Source: Epithemia pelagica
Lineage: Eukaryota; Protista; Bacillariophyta
DNA: 64,000 nt
NCBI GenBank assembly: GCA_946965045.2
Contig: OX337230.1
Location: 2,046,001-2,110,000 of the forward strand
Direction of reading: 5' to 3'
In this document: positions 33,141-45,565 of the stretch, piece after piece
Layout: every line of letters begins with the position of its first letter
How positions within the stretch are numbered: the first letter of the stretch is position 1
The notes under the pieces: model-generated
What the model was told of the DNA's origin: nothing
What the model saw: the letters and a program-made list of their open reading frames with translations, nothing else
Databases searched by the model: none
Translations under genes and position numbers: made by a program

Positions 33141-34647
33141 ATGGCAAGTTCGACTTTGACAATGCAGAGTCACAACAGATATACGGAGGGGAATCTCGAG
33201 GAACTCAGTGCTGCTGAAGCGCTGCTAACGGTGTCTCCCCCTTCCAACGCCGTACACGGTTCGGTTCGACAAACAGCGGCAACGTTTGCTGGATTGGAGT
33301 CATTGGCTGAGCAGGCCAATGCGTTGCAGTCTGTCGGAACGAGGCCTCTGCATACTTCTGTTCAAGTTAAAACCGAAGAATCGACCATGTGCACTTCCAA
33401 TAGTACCATGCTCTGTGGAGGTCTGGATGCACTGGCTACCTTGGCCACTGAGGCGAGATCACAAACAGAGGCAACTACGGCATCAACTTCTGCGTCGAAG
33501 GCGCAGTATGACAATGTGCTCAATCCACATTTGGTTGCCAGTGGAATAACAACAGCTTCACCAACAAGCAGTAGTGATGACGATTCAGATGCCATGCCTC
33601 CTCCTGTATCTCGCAATCGTCGTCGAAGTGCTTCAAATCCAGAGGGTATGGAAAAATGGGATTCTCTGAACCGAGACGGATCGAGTCGTCGACACTTTGT
33701 TCTTCCTGCTTCTATTCTAGAAGAAGAATTGGCAGAAGCAAGCGCTGCGATTCAACTTCAGAAACGACTACAACACGAAAGAATAATGTCAAACAAATTT
33801 CCACGGATTCCTGAGGAGCCTTGCTCTTGCGACAACGACATGTGCGGCGTAAGTCCTGATTCTGTGCTGCAGCAACCTGCTGTGGTTGTGAGCGGAGAGT
33901 CTACGATTGATGAGCAACCGACATCAGATGACATTGAAGACGAAGTGGACGAAAGCGAACTCTCTCCAGACGAGTTACTTAGAAGAGCTCGATCAAGGTT
34001 GCTGGAAGATCTCAGCGAGGGCAATGTGAACGGGGAAAAGGGAGTTCTCACATTGCCACACTCGTTGGCCAAGTATAAAGAGGTGCGTACCTCGTTTACG
34101 ATGCAAAACAACGATTCGTGTTCTGTCATGTTCATCTCTCACCATTCACCACCGCTTTCTGCTGATATTGTGTTGCTTGATCTTCCATTGTGTTCGGTTT
34201 CTTCGTGCGTAGGTTTACAACCAGAATGGCCGCATAGGGATCTACACGCCTTCAGAGCGCGCGGCCATTATTGCTCGATTTAACAAGAAGAGACAACGTC
34301 GAGTCTGGAACAAGAAGATTCGGTACAATTGTCGAAAAAGCTTAGCAGATCGGCGCTTGAGAGTAAAGGGAAGATTTGTCAAACGATCGGAACAGGAACA
34401 ATTGGCAAAGGAGATCCAAGCACGTACCGATCAGGAAGTCATGTCACTATCACCCTCCCCGGAAATCGGCGCCATAGACAACAACCTAGGACCCGATATG
34501 GCGGAGACTGACGAGAAGAATGACGGCAAAGAAAAGGATGGAATTATGGACGATGAGGCAATGCCAGATGTGGACGATCCTGAAGCTGGCTTTGATCCAA
34601 CGGATGACCAACCATATCGCAGGCTGAGACGACACACCATCACATGA
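33141..34647 (+). CDS. CCT-motif protein, ~458 aa, 2 exons
   Basis: Intron 34083-34212. Exon 2 encodes IGIYTPSERAAIIARFNKKRQRRVWNKKIRYNCRKSLADRRLRVKGRFV, a CCT motif. Confidence 0.9.
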
Positions 34648-34853
34648 TACATTTTTCAAAGATGAAAAAGATAAAAAACCCTCATACCACTGTGTGGTGG
34701 AGCTGCTCTTTGCATCAGATTCAATAAGCTTACAGTTTTCTGCTACAGGACATGTCTAGTTATTAATGTTCATGGGTCAGCTGGGCGTGTTGCTGCACGT
34801 AGCGTTCATTCACGGGAGAAATTCCATGATTGTGGGTTGTTGGTTGAGCCAAT

Positions 34854-35498
34854 TCAAGTCTTTTGTGTCAAAATCTCGAGTACTTTTCTTGCACGCTTAT
34901 ATTCTTTTCTTTTCCCGTGCTCATCTAGCTTGTTCCATCGAACGAAATCATCATCTTGTCCACGATCTTCTTGAGATGGCTGCTTTTTACTTTGATCGGA
35001 AGAAAGGGGTTGTTCCTCTTCAATTTGGTCAGAAGACGGTGCGTTCACAATCTTTTGAAGGGATTCTTCAAATTTTTTGTACCGCAGAGCCCTCCTCGTT
35101 GCATCGGCCAGCATTCGACTTCGCGTTTCGGGACTCTTCAGCCCGTCAAGATACAGTAGAAGAATCGAAAATGTAGATTTCGGTACCTTATCAACCTCGT
35201 ACATATGGCGTATCAGCCATGACTGCGTATTTTTATTAAATTTCCATACTTCAGTATCTCCATTCTGATGTTTCTGCCAATTGATAAGGTATCCATTTAC
35301 GTCTCCAGGGTCCTTCACCAAGGTTTCCTTTCTTTTCTTCTCTTCAACTGATGTTTTGCCTTCTTCTGCAGCAGCTTTCTCCTTCGATTTCAATACATGC
35401 TTGCTGATCCTCCGGCGTTTGTTTCGTTTAACTTTCTTTTTCTTCTCTCTTTTTCCAACATTTGATATAGACTTGGCCGCTGTGTGCTCGTCGGTCAT
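34854..35498 (-). CDS. WKF-domain (C7orf50-like) nucleolar protein
   Basis: Basic N-terminus, then YLINWQKH...WKFNKNTQSWLIRHMY...YLDGLK. The start ATG is uncertain (the ORF is open to 35684). Confidence 0.8.
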   Translation of the reverse strand: MTDEHTAAKSISNVGKREKKKKVKRNKRRRISKHVLKSKEKAAAEEGKTSVEEKKRKETLVKDPGDVNGYLINWQKHQNGDTEVWKFNKNTQSWLIRHMYEVDKVPKSTFSILLLYLDGLKSPETRSRMLADATRRALRYKKFEESLQKIVNAPSSDQIEEEQPLSSDQSKKQPSQEDRGQDDDFVRWNKLDEHGKRKEYKRARKVLEILTQKT

Positions 35499-35773
35499 GG
35501 TCGATGGTTCTGGGTTCCGAATTGATGGTGGAAAAAAGCTCTCTGTGTCTGTGCGATTCAAGAGTCGCTTAATACAGAGTCCATCCGTCGACCGAAGTAG
35601 GTTCGGGTCGCTTACTAAAACATGCATAAGTTGTATCCGTCTGTCATTCGACCGTACAATGGTCATTGCTGCGCGGCTAAACAAATGGGTGGTTGGATTG
35701 ATTGTTCAGAGATTTGTTGCTGTGGTTGACGTTGCTGCGTTTTTTATAATCGCTTATCGTTTCTCGAAATACA

Positions 35774-37208
35774 ATGGGTAAAGAAAAGATTCATATTTCC
35801 TTGGTCGTTATCGGTCACGTCGATGCCGGTGAGTTGATCGTTCCAGGTTGAGTGGCCGGATCATGCATCTCGTCAGTCCCCGCTCCTCGTTCCTCATCCC
35901 ACCATGCACACGTCTAATTTATGCGTGCTTTTGTAAACCTTCGCAGGAAAGTCCACGACGACTGGTCACTTGATTTACAAGTGCGGTGGTATTGATAAGC
36001 GTACCATTGAGAAGTACGAAAAGGAAGCCGCCGAGTTGGGTAAGGGATCTTTCAAGTATGCCTGGGTTTTGGACAACTTGAAGGCCGAACGTGAGCGTGG
36101 TATCACCATTGATATTGCTTTGTGGAAGTTCGAGTCTCCGAAGTATGCTTTCACCGTCATTGATGCCCCCGGACATCGTGATTTTATCAAGAACATGATT
36201 ACTGGAACTTCCCAGGCCGATGTTGCCATTTTGGTCATCGACTCTTCCCAAGGTGGTTTCGAAGCTGGTATTTCCAAGGACGGACAAACTCGTGAGCACG
36301 CCTTGTTGGCTTACACTCTTGGAGTCAAGCAAATGATTGTTGCCATGAACAAGATGGACGACAAGACCGTCAAGTACGCTGAAGCTCGTTACAAGGAAAT
36401 CAAGGCCGAAGTCGGTGCCTACCTCAAGAAAGTTGGTTACAAACCAATGAAGATCCCTTTTGTTCCCATTTCTGGTTGGGAAGGAGACAACATGATTGAC
36501 AAGTCTACCAACATGCCTTGGTACAAGGGACCTTACCTCCTTGAGGCTCTCGATAACTGCACCCCTCCCAAGCGTCCTACCGAAAAGCCCCTTCGTCTTC
36601 CTCTCCAGGATGTCTACAAGATTGGTGGTATTGGAACGGTCCCTGTCGGACGTGTCGAAACTGGTGTCATCAAGCCTGGTATGCATGCTCTCTTTGCCCC
36701 TGCTGGTGTTATTGCTGAAATCAAGTCTGTGGAAATGCATCACGAATCTCTTCCTGAGGCCGTCCCCGGTGATAACGTTGGTTTCAACGTGAAGAACGTT
36801 GCCGTTAAGGATCTTCGTCGTGGTTTCGTCGCTTCCGACTCCAAGAACGACCCCGCTTCTGGCGTTGCCATGTTCGAGGCCCAGGTTATTGTGATGAACC
36901 ACCCTGGTCAAATCTCCAATGGTTACTCCCCGGTGTTGGATTGCCACACTGCTCACGTTGCCTGCCGATTCGACGTGATCAAGGAAAAGATGGACCGTCG
37001 TTCCGGTAAGGTTCTTGAACAAAACCCCAAGTTTGTCAAGACCGGAGATGCCTGCATTGTCGAGTTGAAGCCCACAAAGCCCCTTTGTGTTGAGACTTTC
37101 ACTGACTTCCCCCCTCTCGGTCGTTTCGCCGTTCGTGACATGCGTCAAACCGTCGCTGTCGGTGTCATCAAGGCCATCACCAAGGAAGAGAAGGGTAAGA
37201 AGAAGTGA
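35774..37208 (+). CDS. EEF1A: Translation elongation factor 1-alpha, 438 aa, 2 exons
   Basis: Exon 1 35774-35828 ([18 protein letters not shown]), intron 35829-35946, then [58 protein letters not shown]. Confidence 0.98.
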
Positions 37209-37543
37209 ATCATGGCTTCCACGACAAATCAGAGTTGTTTTCAAGATGATTTCTGGCTTGATGTAATGCGAAAGCATTCATTTAGAATACGGAACTTAAT
37301 CTAGATAATGGCTCGCGTTGTCTTCATAAGCTTCACTATGGATCATTCCATATGGCTTTATGCCATGTTTCCCTGTAAGGATCCGTAGTCGCGCTATAAC
37401 CCGCGGTCGATTGAAGCCTTAGCAAGTACTACGGTTCCCTCGGACGTTTATGCACATGGTGCATAAGTCAAAACACTGGATATCGGATATACAAGCACGA
37501 CAAACGGTTTCGGAACGACTCATCGTCAACTACTTCATTTAAG

Positions 37544-39907
37544 CTACGTACTTGGACTGCGGCTGGTGAGTTTTTGTGGGTGCTCACTTGACGACCGAAG
37601 GGGACTTGCGGTAGAGAAGGCCATCGGCATAGACGTGGTGGGTAAGGTCTGTTGTGGAGATGGAAGCGTCGATGTTCGTTGTGAATAGCGGCTTAGTCGA
37701 TCCTTCGACTTGATTTCACCAGGCGAAGCTCTTGGTGTTCGTGGCGGTAATTTTTGGGTCAGTGCTGATTTATAAGACACGCTTGCCGCAGCTGTTTGCG
37801 TTAGGGAAGTCGACTCGTTGCGTTTGGGAGGACTGAGGTTTACTGAAGATTGACTGTGAGGTTGCTTCTGATCGGGAGACAGAACCGTAGAGACCTTGAT
37901 CGAGCTGTTTGAGTTCATCACTGTCTCTGTGTGCACGGAATGAGAGGGCAAAGAGGGAACATTAGGGAGAGGAGGATATTCTTCACTGGGATTAGGCTTG
38001 ATAGGGGGTAGGAGAGAGGATGAAGCATCTTCTTCGAAAGGCTCCGCCACAGGTGATGTTTGCGGGACAAGAGATGCGAGGCCATTTCCACTTTTTCGTT
38101 CTGGAGGGCTCTTTGTTGGGATTTCTGGCCCACCTGGGGAAGTATCAAGTGCAGTTGTCGCTCCCTCCTCGACGGTCAGTACTTCCAATAGTTCTTCAAT
38201 CGTAAGCACGGAGGGAATGCGCTCTTGATCCGAAAGACAAATTTTCTGCGGTAGAAGGAAAGCATTTTTATCGAGATGGACGGGCAACGGGAGCTGATTC
38301 GTGAGAGATGATGGAGAAGCACATTTTCTTTCATCATATTTCTCCACCAGAACGTCGACGCTCTTCGCATGTAAAGAGCAGCGAAGCATGTTTATAGTAT
38401 CTGCCTTACGGCGAGCTTCATATGCAATTTGGAACGGACTCGTCCTACCTTCCGTCTTGATCCAAATCCCGTAGAGTTCCCGTTGTCGAGCAAGGGCTTT
38501 ATCACTGAGTTCAGCCCAATAACATGCCCCATGTGCGGTGCCAAACGGGGGATCTGTATGGATAGTAATGTAGGCCATCCAAGAAAATACTTCCACAAGA
38601 AAATAATCATCTTTGTGAGACTTATGGACGTACTTCTTCCACTCGAGGTACAGCCCATAGGTCGGTTTGAAAATCTCATTTCGCGTTCTCAACAGGGCTC
38701 GAAAGTAGTCGACAATCAGGGGACTTGTATCATGGTCAGGACATTGCTCAAGATGGATTTGTGCAATGTCGGATTGGTCAATCATGAGATGGATAAAACA
38801 CCACCACATATTCCATCGGGTCAAGGTCAAAACCAGATCCTTTTCTTCCGGCCTCTTCATATCCTTCGCGCTTATTAAAGATAAGCTTGGCCTTGATGCA
38901 TCCCTCTTGATTATCACCCGATTCATCACCCTAGCCGAACCCAACTCTGCGCAGAGACATATCGTAACAAAGTCTTTGATTTCTTTCAATCTGTACTTGA
39001 TAAAATTGATTCTGTCGTTGTTGACGACGAACCTGCGGACACAAGAACCGTCTAACATGTATCCATTAGCGGCGTAAAGGATCTCAAACATGCGATGAGC
39101 CAAGTAAATATACCCTTTCCTTGAGGTATGTTCTTGCAACTGATTCACCAATTCCACATCCACCAAGTAATGTGAGGCACGTTGTGGATCCGACTTGGGA
39201 AGAACACGGCACAGTCGGACACACCGTGGATCAACCAACATTGCCGTCACCAAACCATTACAATCCGTATCCAACTGCTGAAAACGGAAAGACAGTGGCA
39301 CACGCATTGTGCCTTCTTTGTATGGCCGTAGAGTTTGTCGAATGCTTGACAAACTCTTGCGAAATAACACAACAGCGTCGTCGAGATCTTGAGCTGTTGG
39401 GTCCGATGTTCTAGGAGAGAGTTGTTCGTGATAAGCGAAGTAGATCCAGTTTGACGACCACCATTCTGACCAGTCATGATTCATGCAGTCATATGCTATT
39501 GGGCCATCAAGGGCTGCCATTTCTTCACGTGTCGCTGGATTGGGAAACTGTATAATGTCTGATGAACGAAGCAAATCGGGGCGCTTTTTCTCTCTGAAAG
39601 AAGAACGTTTGGTTCTGCCACGTTTCGTCTTGATCGTTGGCACTGCTGATCTCGCAATGGATGCCATGTCCGTTGCAATCGATGGCACTGATCTGTAATC
39701 GATGGATGCGGCGTTTCGAGCTGCTGTTTGAAGGCTTTCTGCTTGATCGGCGAACACCACGCTTTCTCCCACGTGATGGGATACACCGGTCATCATGGCT
39801 GTTGCTTTCCGGGGAGAAGAACTGCGATAGAAGTGAGCACTTTGTCGATCCGAGTGGGAGGCTTTGGTCGTTGGCGATGGATGTTGTGGAGGAGGCTTTC
39901 GGTCCAT
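37544..39907 (-). CDS. Hypothetical protein, ~787 aa, with an unrecognised central domain and a S/P-rich tail
   Basis: A long uninterrupted ORF. A possible GTACGT donor near 37550 could extend the C-terminus. Confidence 0.6.
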   Translation of the reverse strand: MDRKPPPQHPSPTTKASHSDRQSAHFYRSSSPRKATAMMTGVSHHVGESVVFADQAESLQTAARNAASIDYRSVPSIATDMASIARSAVPTIKTKRGRTKRSSFREKKRPDLLRSSDIIQFPNPATREEMAALDGPIAYDCMNHDWSEWWSSNWIYFAYHEQLSPRTSDPTAQDLDDAVVLFRKSLSSIRQTLRPYKEGTMRVPLSFRFQQLDTDCNGLVTAMLVDPRCVRLCRVLPKSDPQRASHYLVDVELVNQLQEHTSRKGYIYLAHRMFEILYAANGYMLDGSCVRRFVVNNDRINFIKYRLKEIKDFVTICLCAELGSARVMNRVIIKRDASRPSLSLISAKDMKRPEEKDLVLTLTRWNMWWCFIHLMIDQSDIAQIHLEQCPDHDTSPLIVDYFRALLRTRNEIFKPTYGLYLEWKKYVHKSHKDDYFLVEVFSWMAYITIHTDPPFGTAHGACYWAELSDKALARQRELYGIWIKTEGRTSPFQIAYEARRKADTINMLRCSLHAKSVDVLVEKYDERKCASPSSLTNQLPLPVHLDKNAFLLPQKICLSDQERIPSVLTIEELLEVLTVEEGATTALDTSPGGPEIPTKSPPERKSGNGLASLVPQTSPVAEPFEEDASSSLLPPIKPNPSEEYPPLPNVPSLPSHSVHTETVMNSNSSIKVSTVLSPDQKQPHSQSSVNLSPPKRNESTSLTQTAAASVSYKSALTQKLPPRTPRASPGEIKSKDRLSRYSQRTSTLPSPQQTLPTTSMPMAFSTASPLRSSSEHPQKLTSRSPST

Positions 39908-40458
39908 TGATTGTACACTTTTCCGGCACACACTGGCGCTTCTCAGCTATCCTCTAGTCCCTGAAGTTGATAGAGATGGATTGGTGCTCTCAATGGTCTT
40001 CCTTAGTTGTTGTTGTCGACGACGGATCCTTCTTCCCTCAAGTTTTGTGTGAGTTCCTTGGGTCAATGTTTTGTGGGACATGACAGCAAAAGGTATATTG
40101 AGAAACCTGTCACGTCACGCAGGCAGGTGAACGTGAAACGCCCCCATAGCGGGTATTTCTTCCTTAGCTTCGACATGGCTTAGTGGTTGTTTCGTCTCGT
40201 TTGTTGCCGTTCCTCCTTTTGGTTGAAACTGACAACATCGGTTTGTGTCAAAAAATGTGGCTCCTCATTTTTTGGTCGCGGTTGCATCTGGTTATGAGTC
40301 TATTCATCGCATTGCACAACCACCATCCACCACATTTCGATCACACCCTTTTCTGGAACGACAATAATCTAAAGAGAAGGCGAATGGCAAAGCCCACCAT
40401 GTCAAGAAGCAATGAAGGCGAGCGACAAGAAGGTCAATATTCATAGACGTTGAGTACA

Positions 40459-43400
40459 ATGAAGTTTAATTACAGATTGCGACGACTCTGTGGAGCCTAT
40501 TATGGCCACCAGTCATCGACTGAAGCCTCGATGGACGCACAATGGAGTGGATCCAATTTGGTGTACGATTCCACCGGCAACCTGCTGATATCGTCCGTCT
40601 CCAATCGAGTACAGATATTAGATCTCAAAACTCAAACCGTTCGAACCTTGCCAGTCGAGGCGCGAGCCAATATTCGAGCCATGGCCCTGTCTCCTGCGGA
40701 GCAAAACAATCATTTGTTGATAGTCGTGGATGTTACCAATCATGGTATGTTGATTAATTTTCGACGAGGCATTGTATTGCACCGCTTCGGATTTAAAAAG
40801 AAGATTCATGATATTCAGTTCAGTCCCAATGGACAATACATTGCCATTTCGCAAGGCAAACATGTACAGGTTTGGGTCACACCCAATCATTTGCGCAAAG
40901 AATTTGCTCCCTTGGTTCTTCATCGAACCTATACGGGACAGTCGGACGATGTCACGTGCTTAACCTGGTCCTCTGATTCCAGTGTCTTGGCCGCGGGCAG
41001 CCGTGATACCACCGTCCGAATCTGGACCCTTCAAACCACGCGAGACTATGAACCCATAACATTGTCGGGACACTCGTCCGCCATTGTCAGTGTCTTTTTC
41101 ACGTATGATTCTTCCAACAAGAGTCGCATCGACAAGTGCCATTCAGTAAGCCAAGATGGAACGCTGGTCACATGGACCTACCGAAGAGAGGAAGGTCGTG
41201 AACTCAATGTCGTGACTTCAGCGACAGTCGATCTGGTAGACGATGAGGACGAAGATGATGCTATGCAAGGCCTTGGAGATAAAGCAGTCAATTTCTTTTC
41301 AGGTGGCATGACACCAAGTAGTGAGAAGGGCTTAGCCTCTCCTCAATACCTGATTGGACTGGATGATGAAACCAATCAGGCAAAGAAACTTGTTCATACA
41401 AGATGGAGCGTCGAGAAACGTCACTACTTTGACCATGGTGGATCTCATGTTTCAGCCGTCTCGTTTTGTGAACGAAGTCAGATTCTTGGAGTTGGCCTTA
41501 CGTCGGGTGTTTTTGGTCTTTATGAAATGCCTTCAATGGCCAATATTCATTCCCTCTCTGTTGGTTCCAAGCAGTTGATTAAAACCTGTGTCTTGAACCA
41601 AACTGGAGAATGGCTAGCCTTGGGTTGTCCATCCTCACAACAGTTGCTGGTTTGGGAGTGGCGGTCGGAAACCTATGTTTTGAAGCAACGGGGACATGCC
41701 TATGGCATGCGCTGTATGGCCTATTCGCCCGATGGCGTAGTGATTTGCACGGGGGGAGAGGATGGCAAGATTAAATTGTGGAATTCCACCTCTGGCTTTT
41801 GTTACGTGACCATGGAAAAGACGCACACTGCACCCGTGACAGCCGTGGCCTTTGCCAACGCCAGCGTCGTCCTGTCCGCTAGTTTGGATGGGACAGTTTG
41901 TGCCCACGACCTGTATCGTTATCGCACATTCAAGACATTTACGTCTCCCACGCCAGTCCAATTTTTATGTCTGTCTGTGGATCCCAGTGGAGAGATTATT
42001 GTTGCTGGTAGTGCCGATCCCTTTCACATTTACGTTTGGAATGTGCAAACAGCTAAACTTTTGGATGTTTTGACTGGTCACACCGGACCGGTTTACGCCA
42101 TGTGTTTTCAATCCAATGGTGGTACATTGATTACTGGTTCATGGGACGGTACTGTCAAGCTATGGGATCTTTACAAACAAAAGACTCCAACGGAAAGTCT
42201 TGCTCACAATTCAGACGTTGTCTGTCTGGCATTTCGACCGGACGGTCAAGAAATTTGTACTGGAACCATTCGAGGCTTGTTAACGTTTTGGGATGTGGAG
42301 AGTGGTAAGCTCAAGTTTGAAATCGATGGCCGGTTTGACATTAAGGGAGGAAGGAAGATCAATGACCAAATGGCGGTCCAAAACAATGGAGCCGCCCGTT
42401 ATTTCACTTCCGTTTGTTACACCGCCGATGGATCCTGCATTATTGCTGGAGGAAATTCCAAGTATGTTTGTATATACCAAGTTGAACAACAAATCTTGCT
42501 CAAAAAGTTTCAGGTCACCTTCAATCGCAGTCTCGATGGAATCATTGAAGAGGTGAGTCGGTCGATGCCACAAACAATCGTTGTTCTTTCAAAGTACTGG
42601 GTACGAAACGCGAGGATGATGCTTATTCCCATAAACATTCGCAGTATGTGCCGACGGGTTTCATCCCCTGGGGCTTATTAACTTCCTTGGATGTCTGAGC
42701 GTATTCCCCCCGAGAGAGTTGTCTGGCTGTGTCGTCTTTGAGCTGTATGTGGTCTCACTTTCTTTTTATTGTTCTTAGTTCAACCCCAAGGTGATCGGTG
42801 ATTGGGGTCCCACGAATGTTGATTCCGATGAAGAAGGCGGCCGAGGGCACGAGCTTCACTTGCCGGGTGCGAAGCGAGGAGATGATGGTTCTAGAAACTC
42901 CAAGGTGGAAGTGCTGACTCGACAAGTTGCCTTTTCATCAACGGGTCGAGAGTGGTCCACCGTCTCTGGGGAAGGATTGCATGTGTATTCGTTGGACGAT
43001 GACTTGATATTTGACCCAATTTCTTTGACGCAAGAAATCACTCCATCGGCTGTGGAAGCCAAAGTCAATGCACGAGAGTTTGGTATGGCCTTGCGAATGG
43101 CGCTTCATCTCAATGAATTTTCTCTGGTCAAAGAGGTGTTGGAGGTGACACCCTATTCATCCATTGCACATGTGGTGCGGTCCATTGGAGTAGAACACCT
43201 CGAACGGTTGTTACAATATGTTGGCAAAATTTTTGCCAACACACCGCACTTGGAGTTTTATCTGGAGTGGATTTTGGAGTTGCTACAGACGCACGGCATT
43301 CAAATGGAGAAACAACGAGGAACTTATATGCGGGCATTTCGTGCTTTGTTCCAAGTTGTCAGTACCCGACACGAGGAGCTGAAGAGAATGTGTGACGAAA

Positions 43401-43474
43401 ATAGATTCTCGCTTTGCTTTTTAGAGGATCATGCGATGCTAGTCTGTGAAGGAGAATCGGCTGAAACGACTTGA
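40459..43474 (+). CDS. PWP2: Periodic tryptophan protein 2 (UTP1), WD40 SSU-processome subunit, 2 exons
   Basis: WEWRSETYVLKQRGH, TGGEDGKIKLWN, FRALF C-terminal Utp12-like helix. Intron 42553-42778. Confidence 0.95.
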
Positions 43475-43842
43475 TCAGACGTTGTCACGACTGGTCAAGG
43501 GGTATCAGTGACAAACTCGCACATCGTCTCACTGACCGTTCCACGGGTTAGTAGCCTGTCCTCTCCCACGCTACGCAGACACGTATTATTAAAACACGGG
43601 TCACGGTGTCAGTATACCTAGCTGGCTATTGGACAAAATCGATGTACATCATTTTTGGAAGAAGACATGTTGTCTCTTGGCTGCATCTTATATCTCAGTC
43701 GCTTCCTGTTAACCAGGAATATGCATGATGAGCTTCATCAACTGTGTTACCCTAACAACATGCAAGCATAATCTAAAGATTAATGTCGCACAACAACCAT
43801 ATCTTATCACAAACAGAGAGCACGAATCGAAACCAAAGCATT

Positions 43843-44936
43843 TTAGTTTGTCTTCTTGGCTGGTGCGACTTTGGCGGGAGCCGGTTTGGCGGCTCCAACA
43901 AAGAACGTCGTGTAAAGGTTGTGAAGAATGAAGTAAAAGGCCATGACCAGTTGCGCCTTGTAGGCGGCTTGTTCCACACCTTGACTGAGAGATGTGTGCA
44001 TGAACAAGTGGAAGCACGTGGCCGCACACAAGGCCGTGAACATGGGTTGTTGCAAGCCAAGTTCCTTAATGGGATCCAAACCCTTGTTCATGGGCAAAAA
44101 GGCTCCTCCACATCCGGCAATGGTACCACAGAAAATAGGTCCAAACAAGGCCAAATCCTTGAATTCAGATGGTGGGATAGCGGCAGCGGCGGCCTTGATC
44201 AATGTACACACCACCTTGGCGCGGTTGCATTCGTACATGGTGATGAGGGTTCCCTTGAGAATGGGAGACAATCCAATGACTTCCCGAATAATGGGGAACA
44301 TTTCATGAATCAAAAAGGCCGGGATAAATCCAACCATGGGGTACGAGTCCAACAACGTCACAGGGATGGAGTTGATCAAAATGGGGACAATCTACAAGGA
44401 TGAGACATAAAAAGGACAACAACGACGAGAGCAAATGTGAGATTATTCATGTCGTCAAGACGAAAGAACGAAACGTCACCACTCACAATTCCTCCTCCAG
44501 TGGAAGCCAACATGAGACTGATGAAGCGGAAGGAAACAGAGCAGTTGGCGGGGAGTTTGGGGTAGAGTTTGTATCCTGGAAAAAGCACAAAACAATGTGA
44601 GACGACACGTCGGCAGGTATCATTGGTCCTCGTCGTTTTGTCAATAAATCATGAATGGAGCCTGCGTCCACCCTCAAGAAGAAAAGAGGTGCGACGCTGT
44701 CAATGCGTACCATGCAAAAGGACGTAGCAAAACATGGCCATGAGTTTGACTTCATGAGAATTCAACAAAAGGACCTCAGCCCAGCTCGAGTTGACCATCC
44801 AAGCAGTAGGATCTTCCATTTTAGCGTCTCGCGAAGAGGTATAGAAATTTGATGGTTCAGGAATAGCGTCGGTAGCACTGCCTTCTTGTCCACCCGGAAA
44901 GATGTTCTTGAATGCGTTGACCAGAGGGTTGGGCAT
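43843..44936 (-). CDS. TRIC/TMEM38-like membrane channel protein, ~287 aa, 3 exons
   Basis: Exons 44936-44711, 44575-44487 and 44391-43843 keep frame. Twin glycine-rich motifs ASTGGGIIVPIL and GTIAGCGGAFL match the TRIC internal repeat. The start codon is uncertain. Confidence 0.65.
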
Positions 44937-45565
44937 GACAAATAATAATGAGGGCAAGTGGAGGACTTCAATATAGCAGAGGCAGAGGAGGAAAGAGAGA
45001 AATATGATGTGTGCGTGTAACCACTGGTCGAGCACTGTAAGCGATGTGTGTCGCTGTCGGCTGTCTCTGTCGTCGTGGTCTCTTCCTCCTTCCTTCTTCA
45101 GATGGAGTGATGGCGGCACAACAACAAAAATGATGAGGAAATAATTTGGTTCGAGTTCGGCCAACACGTACTTCAATTCTGACTCTGTGTGACGTCACTG
45201 CAAGCCCTATGTGTCCGCTTGGACGAAGTTTTTCGCATTCAAAGAAACGGTATTCCATTCCAGAAATGAAGACACGAACGCTTTCTGTGCGCGCGCGCAT
45301 GTTGCTCACCCGAAATTTTCACATCTCGTTCGTCCAAGTGCCAATAAAATATGGCCTTTCAGTCAGTCAACGAGAGAAGACAACAGTCAAAATCGAACTT
45401 TCAGAAAGCTCTTCAGGTCTCCTCAGATTCGGTCAAAGCTATCATATGCATCGAATGTCTTCTAAGAATTTGTGGTTTGGACTGGAGACCTTTTGTTTTT
45501 CTCAACGTCAGAATGCGTATTGTTGACATCCAACATCAAACAACCAAGTAATCCTAGAAGAAAGG

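Noticed and set aside
35774-37208. EF-like (EFL) protein instead of EF-1alpha
   Set aside because: The sequence matches canonical EF-1alpha motifs throughout and shows no EFL-type insertions.
35919-37277. 452-aa antisense ORF over EF-1alpha
   Set aside because: A typical shadow frame of a strongly codon-biased gene, with no protein motifs.
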